Origin: an uncultured Candidatus Saccharibacteria bacterium
GTDB taxonomy: Bacteria; Patescibacteriota; UBA1384; JAMDBS01; CAYSHH01
Assembly (NCBI GenBank): GCA_964430945.1
Contig: CAYSHH010000004.1
Coordinates: 334-64,333, forward strand
Direction: 5' to 3'
DNA length: 64,000 nt
Shown: piece after piece, positions 39,953-50,840 of the stretch
Layout of the letters: each line of letters starts with the position of its first letter
How positions within the stretch are numbered: the stretch's first letter is position 1
Position numbers and translations under genes: made by a program
Notes under the pieces: generated by a model
The model's database searches: none
Told to the model about the DNA's origin: nothing
The model's input: the letters and a program-made list of their open reading frames with translations, nothing else

Positions 39953-41197
39953 ATGAAAAAAATTAATTACTACTTAATTCTTGCGATTTGTTTTTTACTA
40001 CCAAGCTACTTGGTCAGATTTAGTATTTTTGGTGTGCCAACGACATTATTAGAAATTCTAATTTACGTTTCTACTTTTGTAACAATAATTTTAAATATAA
40101 TAAATAATGATTCTTCGACTCCGTTTGAAATAACAAAAAAAATATCGTGGAAAACTTGGCTACCGATTGTACTATTTTTAATAGCAGGTACCATCGGTGT
40201 TGTGATAAGTCCAGACAAACGCGTGGCACTTGGACAGTTTAAAGGATTTATTCTTGACCCAATATTATTTTTTTGGGTGATTATTACTAATCTCAAAACC
40301 GAAAAACAATTTAAAAATATTCTTTGGGCTTTTATTTTCTCTGGTATTTATGTCTCAATATTTGCAATTTATCAAAAACTAACTGGTGAGCTTACGACTG
40401 ATTCTCGTATTATTGGGCTTTTCGGCTACTCCCCTAATTATTTAGCATTTTACATAACCCCTCTAGCACTTCTTACTTTATTCGTTCCGACACTTGATAC
40501 GAAAAGTATATTTCAAAAAAGCATGAAGATGCTCTTGGTATTGATTTTTATTTATGTGATTTATCTAACTGCCTCACGTGCCGGACTTATCGCATTTTTT
40601 GGTGGAGCATTTGGAGCGCTAGCAATAAAAAATATTATTAATTTAAAAACTTCCAGTGCAATAAAAGCAATCGTGATTATTGCCCTAATTGTCTTGGCAG
40701 GTTTTGTCGGCTACAAATACTTAAAGCCTGACTTTTCACTTTCGCCTAGCGATGGTGGTCGAATCACCTCATCAAACAACGTCCGTTTCCAGATCTGGGA
40801 GACTACGATTACTAAAATAGTACCAATTGACAATAATTGGATTCTAGGGATCGGTTTGGGAAATTATCAGCCATATTTCACAACCCTAACTTCTGATTGG
40901 GTCAATTATCCAGAGTGGATTTCTCCTTGGGCACTCACAGCGCATAATTTATTCTTGCATACACTCTTAAACGTTGGTATTTTAGGATTAATCGCTTTTG
41001 TATGGCTACTGGTCATATTTTTTAGAAATATCAAATTTGATTCGGGTACAAGTTATGCAGTTTTTGCAGCAATGTTGGCTATTATGGTACAAGGTCTTAT
41101 CGATACACCTTACTGGAAAAATGATTTATCGGTGATGTTTTTTATATTTCTCGCTACGGTAATAATAATTAAAAATAACTATGAAAAATCTAAATAA
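39953..41197 (+). CDS. O-antigen ligase-like (Wzy_C) membrane protein
   Basis: Polytopic, with the LTASRAGLIAFFGGAFGA region and a periplasmic loop. Confidence 0.5.
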   Translation: MKKINYYLILAICFLLPSYLVRFSIFGVPTTLLEILIYVSTFVTIILNIINNDSSTPFEITKKISWKTWLPIVLFLIAGTIGVVISPDKRVALGQFKGFILDPILFFWVIITNLKTEKQFKNILWAFIFSGIYVSIFAIYQKLTGELTTDSRIIGLFGYSPNYLAFYITPLALLTLFVPTLDTKSIFQKSMKMLLVLIFIYVIYLTASRAGLIAFFGGAFGALAIKNIINLKTSSAIKAIVIIALIVLAGFVGYKYLKPDFSLSPSDGGRITSSNNVRFQIWETTITKIVPIDNNWILGIGLGNYQPYFTTLTSDWVNYPEWISPWALTAHNLFLHTLLNVGILGLIAFVWLLVIFFRNIKFDSGTSYAVFAAMLAIMVQGLIDTPYWKNDLSVMFFIFLATVIIIKNNYEKSK

Positions 41198-43634
41198 GTT
41201 TTTGTATAAGTATCGATATTGGATAGTGCTTGTTTTGGCGCTTATCTCTCGTTTTGCTTTTACTTCTGGATATAAAGATTTTTTTGATTCTATGCAATAT
41301 GTTTGGCGCACTGACTCAGGAACTTTGCTTGATGCGCTCTCTACAGGACATGCACCATTCCATCCAGGATATATCTTCTTCACTTATTGTTCCAATGGGC
41401 TTTTACATCTTTTTTCAATTCACAATACTGAACTTGCAGCTAGCTTACCATCGCTCTTTTTTGGTTCGCTTACACTTCTGATATTTTTTGCTTTTACTGA
41501 AAAATTATTTGATACCAAAACTGCAGTGCTTGCATCAATATTTGCAGCATTTGTCCCATATTTTTGGATTTCCAATATGAGTATCATTGTCGACCCGACA
41601 ATGATATTTTTTTATCTTTTGTCTATGTACTTGTATCTTATTTGGCTTGATAAAAAAGGTGGAAAATGGTACTGGCTTATTTTATCTGGATTTTCATTTG
41701 GATGGGCAATGTGGGCTCATACTCAAATTGCCTTTTGGGCGCTTGGATTTGTTGGACTTCTAATCTATAAAATACAGCCAAAAGAATGGATCAGATATGT
41801 TCTAAAAAGCATCCCATGGATTATCGGACCAATATTTTTTATTTGTATTTATTTATTTCTCTTGGTCCATTCTGGATATACTGCTACTTATGCCGAAGCT
41901 GCTCATTATTTGTTTCTCGGTAACGCTGGAGATAGGATGTCTCCTTCACTTATGCCAGGTTTTAGAAATTATATATTGGTTATGAGTCTATTTTTGGCCA
42001 TACTTTCAGCTATAGGTATGATAAAGCTTTTTATTAAAAACTCAAAAATGGCAATATTTCTTACTCTTTGGCTAGTACCAGGATTGTTTTTGGGTGCATT
42101 GTATCTTTATGCCAATCTCTATGGCCGGGCATCAATTATCGCCATGTTTCCAGGTATCATGGCTGCAGCATATCTACTTACCAGTTGGCAGCCAAAACAG
42201 AAATTTATTTTAGCGATGAAATATTTGCTAATATTTCTTGCTATTTTCCAACTGCTTTATATTAGTTTCCCGATAGTAAACTCATATGCTCGTGAACGAT
42301 CAGCTTATGACGAGATGGATAAACTTAGAAAAACGCTCAAGCCGGATGGTGGGCTTATCATCCTTTCCAATCTTGAGAAAACTCTTGTTGGTTATGAAGG
42401 GGATAATGCAGTGGTTTGGGAAATGCCAAAAGATGAAATCAATTCAAAAATTGAGAAAGCTCAAAAGGCTGGAAAACCAATATTTGTTGATATGGATGCT
42501 ATGCGTTTTCCATATTATCAATACGATGGGCATAATTGGGAGATCAAATCGACCAATTTTGATTTTGATGCCAAAGATAAATCATTCGTTTCTTATCTTT
42601 ATTCGATATACAATTTTGATCTTGCACTTACATCTTCACTTGGCAATAAAGTCGGCACTTATTTGGCCTACAAAGATAACCTTTCTACTTCAGAGAGATT
42701 AAAAAATAATATTTCCGTTCTTGAGTCCACTCAGTCTCTTATCTTCGGTCGACTATACGATGATGACTCTAGTAGCCCAGCAAGCCAAATTTCGGTTGAT
42801 ATTTACTCTTCTAACGAAGTTGTGTCACGACAAAAAATAAATTATCATGATTGGCTTTACTATATGCTAAATAGTTGGCAAAAAAACAATGGCTATGAGC
42901 CAAATGATCCTCTAAATTGGGCATATACTGACAAAAGTGGATTTTTTATTACTGCAATTCCTGAAAACGAAACCGAAAATACTTATCTAAAAGCAACTAC
43001 TTACAATTTGCCTCTTAAAGATGTTGTATCTAAGATCAATGACGAATCAACTTTTAATTTTGTAAATCTTACTCAATCGAATATTAAACAGCAATTGGTT
43101 TCTGAGGGAGAGATCAGTATCGATAATATCGATTCGCTGGTCAATGCATTCCCATCTGAGACAGGATATTATGTGGTTTTAAACAAATCTGATGATAATA
43201 ATATCAACTACAAAATATATAAACTCAATTACTCGCTTGATATTGGCAATACTCTCAATGCCGAGTTATTACCCCATGAAATAGGAGAACTTACTAGCGA
43301 AGGAATATTTACCGAAAAAAGTGGCAAAGGATATCTTACATATGGTCCCTGGATACAATTAGATACTGGAAATTATGATATTTCTTTTCGACTCAAAACA
43401 TCCAAAAATACTGACGATGATATTATTGGGAAATTAGAAGTAACGACTAAAAATGTCGACACTCCACTGGCAAGTCGCGATCTTAAGTATGAAGATTTTC
43501 CTGAAGCAAACAAATTTTATGACATTGCTTTATCTTTTGATACCGATAAGCCTTTGGACGAAATCGAATTTAAAACTATCGCCAATGGAGTAGTAGATCT
43601 TACAATAGAAGGAATATCAATAAATAAAAAATAA
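41181..43634 (+). CDS. Large membrane protein with an N-terminal GT-C-like polytopic domain and a C-terminal extracytoplasmic domain
   Basis: 817 aa. The first roughly 380 aa have about 11 TM helices resembling PMT_2/ArnT-like glycosyltransferases, followed by a roughly 430-aa soluble domain. Confidence 0.4.
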   Translation: MKNLNKFLYKYRYWIVLVLALISRFAFTSGYKDFFDSMQYVWRTDSGTLLDALSTGHAPFHPGYIFFTYCSNGLLHLFSIHNTELAASLPSLFFGSLTLLIFFAFTEKLFDTKTAVLASIFAAFVPYFWISNMSIIVDPTMIFFYLLSMYLYLIWLDKKGGKWYWLILSGFSFGWAMWAHTQIAFWALGFVGLLIYKIQPKEWIRYVLKSIPWIIGPIFFICIYLFLLVHSGYTATYAEAAHYLFLGNAGDRMSPSLMPGFRNYILVMSLFLAILSAIGMIKLFIKNSKMAIFLTLWLVPGLFLGALYLYANLYGRASIIAMFPGIMAAAYLLTSWQPKQKFILAMKYLLIFLAIFQLLYISFPIVNSYARERSAYDEMDKLRKTLKPDGGLIILSNLEKTLVGYEGDNAVVWEMPKDEINSKIEKAQKAGKPIFVDMDAMRFPYYQYDGHNWEIKSTNFDFDAKDKSFVSYLYSIYNFDLALTSSLGNKVGTYLAYKDNLSTSERLKNNISVLESTQSLIFGRLYDDDSSSPASQISVDIYSSNEVVSRQKINYHDWLYYMLNSWQKNNGYEPNDPLNWAYTDKSGFFITAIPENETENTYLKATTYNLPLKDVVSKINDESTFNFVNLTQSNIKQQLVSEGEISIDNIDSLVNAFPSETGYYVVLNKSDDNNINYKIYKLNYSLDIGNTLNAELLPHEIGELTSEGIFTEKSGKGYLTYGPWIQLDTGNYDISFRLKTSKNTDDDIIGKLEVTTKNVDTPLASRDLKYEDFPEANKFYDIALSFDTDKPLDEIEFKTIANGVVDLTIEGISINKK

Positions 43635-43635
43635 T

Positions 43636-45609
43636 ATGAAATCAATTATTGAAAAAATTACAAAAAATAAATGGAGTGAATTTATCCTACTCATCATCAA
43701 TTCCTATCTTCTAGGAATCCTCGGCTGGCAAGTAGTTCACAAAGAGGTTAGTATTACGCCATTTATCACCCAAAATATTGAACCAGCGATCAATAACCCC
43801 TTTTTGTCAGTGAAAATATTTATTATATTAACAGTAATATTAGTGCTTGTTGGATTTTTTATTAAACTTATTAATAATCATTCCAAAACAAATATTCGTC
43901 TGCAGTTCATTATACTTTTATCGCTCGTAGTAGGAATAAATTTTTTTAGCATAGTATCTCACCTGCCAATACTTGAAGCTTCTATATTTGGAATCACCTT
44001 AAATGATTTTTTGTCAAAAACATGGTATTGGCAAAATCTAATCTTTGTTTTTGTCTTAGTTTATTATCTTGTTTTTTATTATGCTATGCCACTAGCCAAA
44101 AGATTCAATGTTTTTATAAAGCGCGATTTATGGATCTACGTACTCATCGCTCTATCAATAGTTGCTTACTCTGTACTTTCTATTGGAAAACACAACAATC
44201 TTCAAACCAACACGATGGATCTTGGTGGATATGATCAGGCTGTATGGAAGCTCTCGCACTTTGAAGCACCACTTTCTACAATCTATGCTGACGATATTTC
44301 TAATGGCGATGTTAGTGTCCGTGACTATAGTAATGAAAGGATAAAACAATTTTTTCCAAATATGTTGGGTGATCACTTTGAACCAGTACTCGCAATAATC
44401 TCACCAATTTTTTGGATCTACAACGATATTAGAATGCTTTTATTTATTCAAGTTCTAATAGTTTGCTTGGGTGCGTGGCCAATCTATATGCTTGCGAAGG
44501 AAAAATTGGGTTCAAAATTCGCGGGTCTTTGTATCGCAGCATCTTACCTTTTTTTTATCGGTGTACAAACTGCAATCGAATTTGATTTTCATCCATTGGC
44601 TTTTGTTGCTCCGATCTTAGCGTATCTTTACTATTTTCTGGAAAAGAAAAAATATGCTTGGGTTTATGTGTTTACTGCCCTGGCACTCCTTTGTAAAGAG
44701 GTGGCATCGCTTTATATTTTCTTTTTCGGACTCTATGCTTTCTTTGTAAAAAAAGAACGAAAAGCAGGTATCATCATGATGATTTCTGGCGTACTTTGGT
44801 TCATATTGGTTATCAATATTATTATTCCGCATGTGTTTCATAGAGAATATGGCCATATGAGTGCCTATGATGCTCTTGGTAGTACTACTCCAGAAATTTT
44901 AAAAACAATGATTACAAATCCAATCTATACTATCAATATTTTGTTTAATCCTGGTAACAAGATAGATACTTGGATAGCTATGTTTGGGGCTACTGGATTT
45001 TTAGCTTTCTTATCCCCAGCAACACTTATACTGGCAATACCCATGATCGGTGAAAAATTTTTAACCATGTCCAAGTCAAGTTGTTGGACACTTTGGTGGC
45101 ATTATTCTATTACGATTACACCTATACTTATGATTGCTGCTACTAATGGTATTTATAATTTAAAAAATAAATATAAAAATATTGATTTTAATTGGAGCAT
45201 GTTTGGTGCTCTAATTGTTATCATTTCTACTCTTACTATTTCCTTCATCTATAGTAATAATCCAGATCGCACCACTCCACTTACCAGAATTTTAAATCAA
45301 AAATTCTATACAAAAACCCAAGATATTACTGACTTTGAGGCAGTAAAAAATATAATTCCCGAAGACGCTTCGCTGGCTACCACAGATACGCTACTTCCTC
45401 ATCTCGCTCATCGTGAGCAAGTTTATAGAGTTCACCCAACAGTTCCAGACGTAGACTATGTTTTGATCAATACCCATCAAGGTTTTTGGCCGTGGTCAAA
45501 AGAAGATATTCTGAGGGTTACCCAAGAACTTAAAGATGATCCAAGTTTTGTTTTAAAGGAAAACAAAGGCAGTATCTATCTTTTTGAAAATGCAAATATC
45601 AGAAACTAA
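43636..45609 (+). CDS. Polytopic membrane protein, possible GT-C-type glycosyltransferase (DUF2079-like)
   Basis: 657 aa with more than 12 TM helices and a soluble C-terminal domain. It abuts the previous gene with a 1-nt gap. Confidence 0.35.
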   Translation: MKSIIEKITKNKWSEFILLIINSYLLGILGWQVVHKEVSITPFITQNIEPAINNPFLSVKIFIILTVILVLVGFFIKLINNHSKTNIRLQFIILLSLVVGINFFSIVSHLPILEASIFGITLNDFLSKTWYWQNLIFVFVLVYYLVFYYAMPLAKRFNVFIKRDLWIYVLIALSIVAYSVLSIGKHNNLQTNTMDLGGYDQAVWKLSHFEAPLSTIYADDISNGDVSVRDYSNERIKQFFPNMLGDHFEPVLAIISPIFWIYNDIRMLLFIQVLIVCLGAWPIYMLAKEKLGSKFAGLCIAASYLFFIGVQTAIEFDFHPLAFVAPILAYLYYFLEKKKYAWVYVFTALALLCKEVASLYIFFFGLYAFFVKKERKAGIIMMISGVLWFILVINIIIPHVFHREYGHMSAYDALGSTTPEILKTMITNPIYTINILFNPGNKIDTWIAMFGATGFLAFLSPATLILAIPMIGEKFLTMSKSSCWTLWWHYSITITPILMIAATNGIYNLKNKYKNIDFNWSMFGALIVIISTLTISFIYSNNPDRTTPLTRILNQKFYTKTQDITDFEAVKNIIPEDASLATTDTLLPHLAHREQVYRVHPTVPDVDYVLINTHQGFWPWSKEDILRVTQELKDDPSFVLKENKGSIYLFENANIRN

Positions 45610-45612
45610 TTT

Positions 45613-47148
45613 ATGCGTAACAAAAAAATATTAAATTGGCTGTTACCTGTTGTTATTTTCCTAATCGCACTCGGTGTGCGTTTTTGGGGACTCAATATTC
45701 ATGGCCAAACATGGGACGAGGCAGCGTACTACGATGGTGGCTCCCAGTACATTGAAAATTTAGAAGCCGGGGATTTTGATCCAGATCATTGGTACAGAAA
45801 CTTTGAACACCCTCCAGTTGCTAAGTGGATATATGGTGTCTCGAATGCACTGCTCAAAAATAATGGATTAGTGCATCTCGGTAAATATACACCAGGTAGG
45901 GCTACAAGTGCTTGCATGGGTGCTTTAACAATTGTCCTGGTTTACTTTTTTGTTATTGAATTATGTAAATCCAAACGCGTTGCTTTGGTCGCCTCGTTTA
46001 TCCTAATATTTTTGCCAACTTTTATTGCCCACAATCAAGTACTTGGCCTAGAGACCCCGTCGGCACTTTTTTACACTTGGGCATTGTATTGGTTTTATAT
46101 CGGTCTAACTAGAAAAAAATATTTTTTGCTTCTTTCGGCTATTCCGGCAGGACTATCGATTGGTACCCGGTTTAATAATGGTCATATAATGTTTTTTATG
46201 GCAATAATGATCCTGATGTATTATTTTATTCCATTTAAGGATTTGAAAAATAAAAAATTTCCCTGGATCGCGATTTTAATTCCTATTATCTCTTTACTAG
46301 TAGTTTGGGTTATCTGGCCTTGGTATTGGGGAAATATTGCCAATCATCTAGATCTCAATCATAGATTTCTTACCACTCAATTAAATTCCCAAGCTGATGG
46401 AGCATCGACCGATTGGTTTTTGGGGGCAAATGTTATACCTCCGTGGTATTATTTCATCTATTATTTTGTTGCCACTACCCCACTTCTAATTTTGATTTTA
46501 CTGATTACCTATTTGATTAAATATTTTAGAAACATAACTTTTGCGAAAACTTATTTGTTGGGTTGGTTTTTGATATTTTTTGTAATGAGTTTCGTTGGCT
46601 TCAAACAAGATGGAATTCGTTATATCTACCCGATTTTAGTACCCATGGCTATTATGGCTTCATATGCTCTAGAAAAATTATTTAAAAATATAAAATACTA
46701 TTATACCGCGGCAATCATACTTATTCTCTATCTTATTTATTTTTGCATTGTGTATCATCCATATTATCTTGATTATTATCAAGAACTTTTTGGTGGTGTT
46801 CAAGGGGTATACAAAAATCAAACTTTTGAAGTCGGTTGGTGGGGAGAAGGTCTAGAAGCATCATACGAGAAAATAAATACAAGACTTACAGAAAATGATT
46901 CGGTACTCCTGCTTACCTGTCCAGATTTTTCCAGAGGACTCATTGAAAAAGCCGGCTATATAAAAACTTACGAGGACATTGAAAAAGACAGTTACGACAA
47001 AGATAAAAAATTTGATTATATTATTACTAACCCTGCCTTTTATTGGTTTAAACCTATTGATGAATATGTAGATATCGAAAATTATTCTGTTGTCGATGAA
47101 GTAAAAGTTGATAGAGTGCCGATAGTTAGTGTCTATAAAAGAAATTAG
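45613..47148 (+). CDS. GT39/GT83-like (PMT/ArnT family) membrane glycosyltransferase
   Basis: A DE motif in the first extracytoplasmic loop (HGQTWDEAAYYDGG) follows TM1. It is polytopic. Confidence 0.6.
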   Translation: MRNKKILNWLLPVVIFLIALGVRFWGLNIHGQTWDEAAYYDGGSQYIENLEAGDFDPDHWYRNFEHPPVAKWIYGVSNALLKNNGLVHLGKYTPGRATSACMGALTIVLVYFFVIELCKSKRVALVASFILIFLPTFIAHNQVLGLETPSALFYTWALYWFYIGLTRKKYFLLLSAIPAGLSIGTRFNNGHIMFFMAIMILMYYFIPFKDLKNKKFPWIAILIPIISLLVVWVIWPWYWGNIANHLDLNHRFLTTQLNSQADGASTDWFLGANVIPPWYYFIYYFVATTPLLILILLITYLIKYFRNITFAKTYLLGWFLIFFVMSFVGFKQDGIRYIYPILVPMAIMASYALEKLFKNIKYYYTAAIILILYLIYFCIVYHPYYLDYYQELFGGVQGVYKNQTFEVGWWGEGLEASYEKINTRLTENDSVLLLTCPDFSRGLIEKAGYIKTYEDIEKDSYDKDKKFDYIITNPAFYWFKPIDEYVDIENYSVVDEVKVDRVPIVSVYKRN

Positions 47149-48288
47149 TTATTGATCTAATTTATTTATAAAGTTTTGAAAGACGTAATATGCGTCTTTT
47201 GGGTCTGATATATCACACCCACTTATCGTACTATCTGATGACTTGTCTCTGACAATGCCTAGATGGCTTGTTGGATGGTCGCCTTCTGTGCAAATTGTGT
47301 CTGCAAAACGGTATACAAATATTCCGTTGATATTGCCAGAGTTATAACTATTTTTAAGAATTTCTTCAAAAAAACTAGCCTGTTCTTTCTCGCCATCCAT
47401 ATCTCCTCCACTATGATTTAGTTCAACTATCCAAAAAGGTTTGTTGTATTTTGCAAAATGACCAGGTATATCTATCATACCTTCTTCATCAGTTTGTTTC
47501 TTGGTTAAATCATCTCCCATCTCTGAGTACCAATTCCAACCTATAACATCAAACTGAAGCCCATCTCTTATTAGCATATCGATTACCGCAAAACAGATCC
47601 AGTGAGCACTAACAATAAATTTAGCATTGGGATCTGCATCGTGAATACCATCTCGAAGGCCCATAAGATAATCTTTCATTATTGCATATTTTTCTTGGTC
47701 GTAATCTTCTTCTTTCATGCCATTGCCTGATTTAATCAGCGTTCCAGATACTTCATTGGCCAATTGATAATAATCAACTTTACCTGGATAGCTAGAGCCT
47801 ACTTTCTTTCCCCAGTCATATCCACTAGTATAATTTGCTTCAGCAAAGAAATCCTTAAATGGGTGTTCAACGATAAAAGTGAAATACCAGTTGTTGTCTT
47901 TGGCTGTTTTTACCATTAAATCATTAGCCCATTTGATAGGCGTTTTTCCGTTTATCTCAAAATTAGTTCTTAAGTGATTTATGCCAAGCTCTTGCAAATC
48001 ATTTACTTGATTATCAAATACTGATTGATCAAATTTTTCTCCAGGATTTGCCGCAAACACGTTTGTCAATGCTCCGACATTCCATCCTGACAAAGTTTTA
48101 TGTTTATCTAAGCCAATACTCTTTGTGACCTGAGAAAGAGCACTGTTTGCTTTTATGATAATTGGTACATTTGCCAGTGTTTTACTCTGAAAGTATATAT
48201 ACACACCGAGAATCACTAGTATAAATATGAAGATTATCGTGAATGATTTTAGATAATTTTTTTTATTCACCTTTGCGCCCTCCAACAA
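47149..48288 (-). CDS. Membrane-anchored glycoside hydrolase, TIM-barrel (GH5-like)
   Basis: N-terminal anchor. Candidate acid/base residue in QLANEVSG and candidate nucleophile in FWIVELNHSG. Confidence 0.45.
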   Translation of the reverse strand: MLEGAKVNKKNYLKSFTIIFIFILVILGVYIYFQSKTLANVPIIIKANSALSQVTKSIGLDKHKTLSGWNVGALTNVFAANPGEKFDQSVFDNQVNDLQELGINHLRTNFEINGKTPIKWANDLMVKTAKDNNWYFTFIVEHPFKDFFAEANYTSGYDWGKKVGSSYPGKVDYYQLANEVSGTLIKSGNGMKEEDYDQEKYAIMKDYLMGLRDGIHDADPNAKFIVSAHWICFAVIDMLIRDGLQFDVIGWNWYSEMGDDLTKKQTDEEGMIDIPGHFAKYNKPFWIVELNHSGGDMDGEKEQASFFEEILKNSYNSGNINGIFVYRFADTICTEGDHPTSHLGIVRDKSSDSTISGCDISDPKDAYYVFQNFINKLDQ

Positions 48289-48331
48289 TTTATTATAATA
48301 TAAGTAAGTAGAAATCTAGATAAAAATATTT

Positions 48332-49060
48332 ATGAAAAAAATAAAAAACAGTTTATCCATATTTTTTCCAGCATACAACGAAGAAGAAAATGTCACCGAA
48401 TCATGTATGCAGGCTCTAAAACTTGCAAAAGAAATTACCGATGACTATGAAGTTATCATAGTTAATGATGGTAGCACGGATAATACTGGAAAAATACTAG
48501 ATAATCTCCAAAAAAAGTACAAGTATTTTTTGCCAATTCACCACAAAAAAAATCAAGGATATGGTGGCGCAGTATGGACTGGTATTACTAATTCTACCAA
48601 AGATCTTATATTTTTTACAGATGTGGATTTACAATTTAATATAAATGAACTCAAAAAATTTCTTCCATATATAGATAACTACGATGCTGTTATCGGCTAC
48701 AGAAATCCGCGACGTGATCCGTTCATGCGCTTGGTAAATGCCTGGGGATGGAAGGTGCTTACTCGGCTTATGTTTAATCTCAGAGTGAAAGATATTGATT
48801 GTGCCTTTAAGCTTTTTCATAGAGAAATATTTGATCAAATTAATGTTAATTCTCGGGGCGCTATGATATCGGCAGAACTACTTATCAGAATGCAAAGGAA
48901 AAACATGCGTATAAAAGAACTCCCAGTTAAGCATTATCCTAGAAAAGCCGGCAGCCCAACTGGAGCAAAACCAGAAGTTATAATAAGAGCTTTTAAGGAG
49001 TTAGTGGATGTTAGACGTCAACTTAAAAAAGAGGGGGAAGAGAGCAAAAGCCATAAATGA
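48332..49060 (+). CDS. GT2 polyprenol-phosphate glycosyltransferase (DPM1/Ppm1-like)
   Basis: IFFPAYNEEENV, VIIVNDGSTDNT and FFTDVDLQF. It is short (242 aa) and soluble, like dolichol-phosphate mannose synthases. Confidence 0.8.
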   Translation: MKKIKNSLSIFFPAYNEEENVTESCMQALKLAKEITDDYEVIIVNDGSTDNTGKILDNLQKKYKYFLPIHHKKNQGYGGAVWTGITNSTKDLIFFTDVDLQFNINELKKFLPYIDNYDAVIGYRNPRRDPFMRLVNAWGWKVLTRLMFNLRVKDIDCAFKLFHREIFDQINVNSRGAMISAELLIRMQRKNMRIKELPVKHYPRKAGSPTGAKPEVIIRAFKELVDVRRQLKKEGEESKSHK

Positions 49061-50785
49061 ATGAAAAAAATTTTCTCCAGAAAAATACTTGATTATACTA
49101 TCGTACTAACCATTTTTACTATATTGGCAATTATTTTTACCTATCCATTGGTATGTAACTTTTCTACTAGTACTTCCGGTTGGCAATCCATGAACGACAG
49201 CGAATTATTCCTTTGGAATTTCTGGTGGGTAAAACACGCAATCTTTGATCTTAAATCAAATCCGTTTTATACACATTATCTTTATTATCCGCAACAGGTG
49301 AGTCTAACTCTTCACACGCTTACTTTATTCCCTGCACTCATTTCTTCAATATTCCAGTTTTTTACTCAAAATATTATTATTGTTTATAATTTATTATTTT
49401 TACTAACTTTTACTTTCTCAGGTTTTGGTACGTATTTGCTAATAAATTATTTATACAAAAATAAGCTTGTTGCCTATATTTCCGGTGTTGCTTTTGCCTT
49501 TTGTCCATACGTTTTTGCCCACGTGTATGCGGGGCATTTCAACCTCATGAATACTTGGACTATTCCGTTTTATCTATATTTCTTTTTTCGCATGCTCGAT
49601 CGAAAAAAAACTATTGATATTATACTTGCTTCTCTTATCGTCACGATACAAATATATACTGATTTTCATTATCTTCTGTTTATGTTTATTATCTCGCTGA
49701 TTGTTCTTGCATATTATATATTTATTACTAAGAAATTTACCTTAATTGATTTTAAAAATTCATTTTATATGGTTATGATTATTATTTTATTATCCATACC
49801 ATTATTTGTGCCAACTTATCAATTTTCTAAAGTATACAATGCATATCAAGCCGCAAGATTGGATTACACACCCGCCACTGAATACACCGACTTAAGTCAT
49901 TATCTGCTCGGACCAGATTATCAAAATAAATTACTCGTCAGCGACGAAAAAAGAGATGATATGGAGAGAAATTATCAAGGAGGTATTCGAGAAAACAATA
50001 TCTTCTTTGGTTATACAGTTATAATACTTGCTTTCTTTGGGCTGATCCTTGTGTCCCCAAAACAAAAATGGCTATTCTTTGTCATCGGTTTAATATTTTT
50101 TATTTTGTCTCTCGGGTTTTATTTGTATTGGCAGAAAGAGCAAATTATAGATGTAAAATTGCCAGCTTATTATATTTCGCAATATATACTCAAAAACTCA
50201 GACCTAGTATTTTCTAGATTTTCTGTTGTTACTATACTTATGCTTATTGTTCTTGCCGCAGGATTTTTGTCGCGTATGGTTAAAAGAAATAAGCAAGCAG
50301 TAAAAATTATTTTGCCTATCTTTCTAGTATTGATAATTATAGAATTTATAAATGCTCCAATCCTCCTTACCAAATATCAAAGTTCTGATTACCTAAATGA
50401 ACTTGCCAACGACCCAACGGATTTTAGAATTATTACTTTGCCTAATAACCTCTATTACCAAATAATTATCAATAAGCCACAGCTTGTTGGTGCACTAGGA
50501 AGACGCGCACACGATTATTATCAGGATAATGGTCATTATAAAGATATTCCTGGTATTAGGCTATTTTATTCTGTAAATAATTCTGCAATAGTTCCAAACG
50601 ACGATGATAGAAATCAGCAAATTTTGTCAGATCAATTCAAAAAATACAATGTCAAATATATAATCCTAGAAAAAAAACAGACTCCACCAGCTGAAGTTAT
50701 CAAATATCGTAATATTTCTGAAAATATTATGCAACTCAATATATACTTTGAAGATAGCGATATTGTTGTTTACAAAACATTGTAA
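49061..50785 (+). CDS. Polytopic membrane protein, possible GT-C glycosyltransferase
   Basis: 574 aa with about 12 TM helices. Its start abuts the preceding GT2 stop. Confidence 0.35.
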   Translation: MKKIFSRKILDYTIVLTIFTILAIIFTYPLVCNFSTSTSGWQSMNDSELFLWNFWWVKHAIFDLKSNPFYTHYLYYPQQVSLTLHTLTLFPALISSIFQFFTQNIIIVYNLLFLLTFTFSGFGTYLLINYLYKNKLVAYISGVAFAFCPYVFAHVYAGHFNLMNTWTIPFYLYFFFRMLDRKKTIDIILASLIVTIQIYTDFHYLLFMFIISLIVLAYYIFITKKFTLIDFKNSFYMVMIIILLSIPLFVPTYQFSKVYNAYQAARLDYTPATEYTDLSHYLLGPDYQNKLLVSDEKRDDMERNYQGGIRENNIFFGYTVIILAFFGLILVSPKQKWLFFVIGLIFFILSLGFYLYWQKEQIIDVKLPAYYISQYILKNSDLVFSRFSVVTILMLIVLAAGFLSRMVKRNKQAVKIILPIFLVLIIIEFINAPILLTKYQSSDYLNELANDPTDFRIITLPNNLYYQIIINKPQLVGALGRRAHDYYQDNGHYKDIPGIRLFYSVNNSAIVPNDDDRNQQILSDQFKKYNVKYIILEKKQTPPAEVIKYRNISENIMQLNIYFEDSDIVVYKTL

Positions 50786-50840
50786 GATGATTTATCTCTT
50801 GGTATGATTTACATATTACATCTAAATAATTTTTTTAATT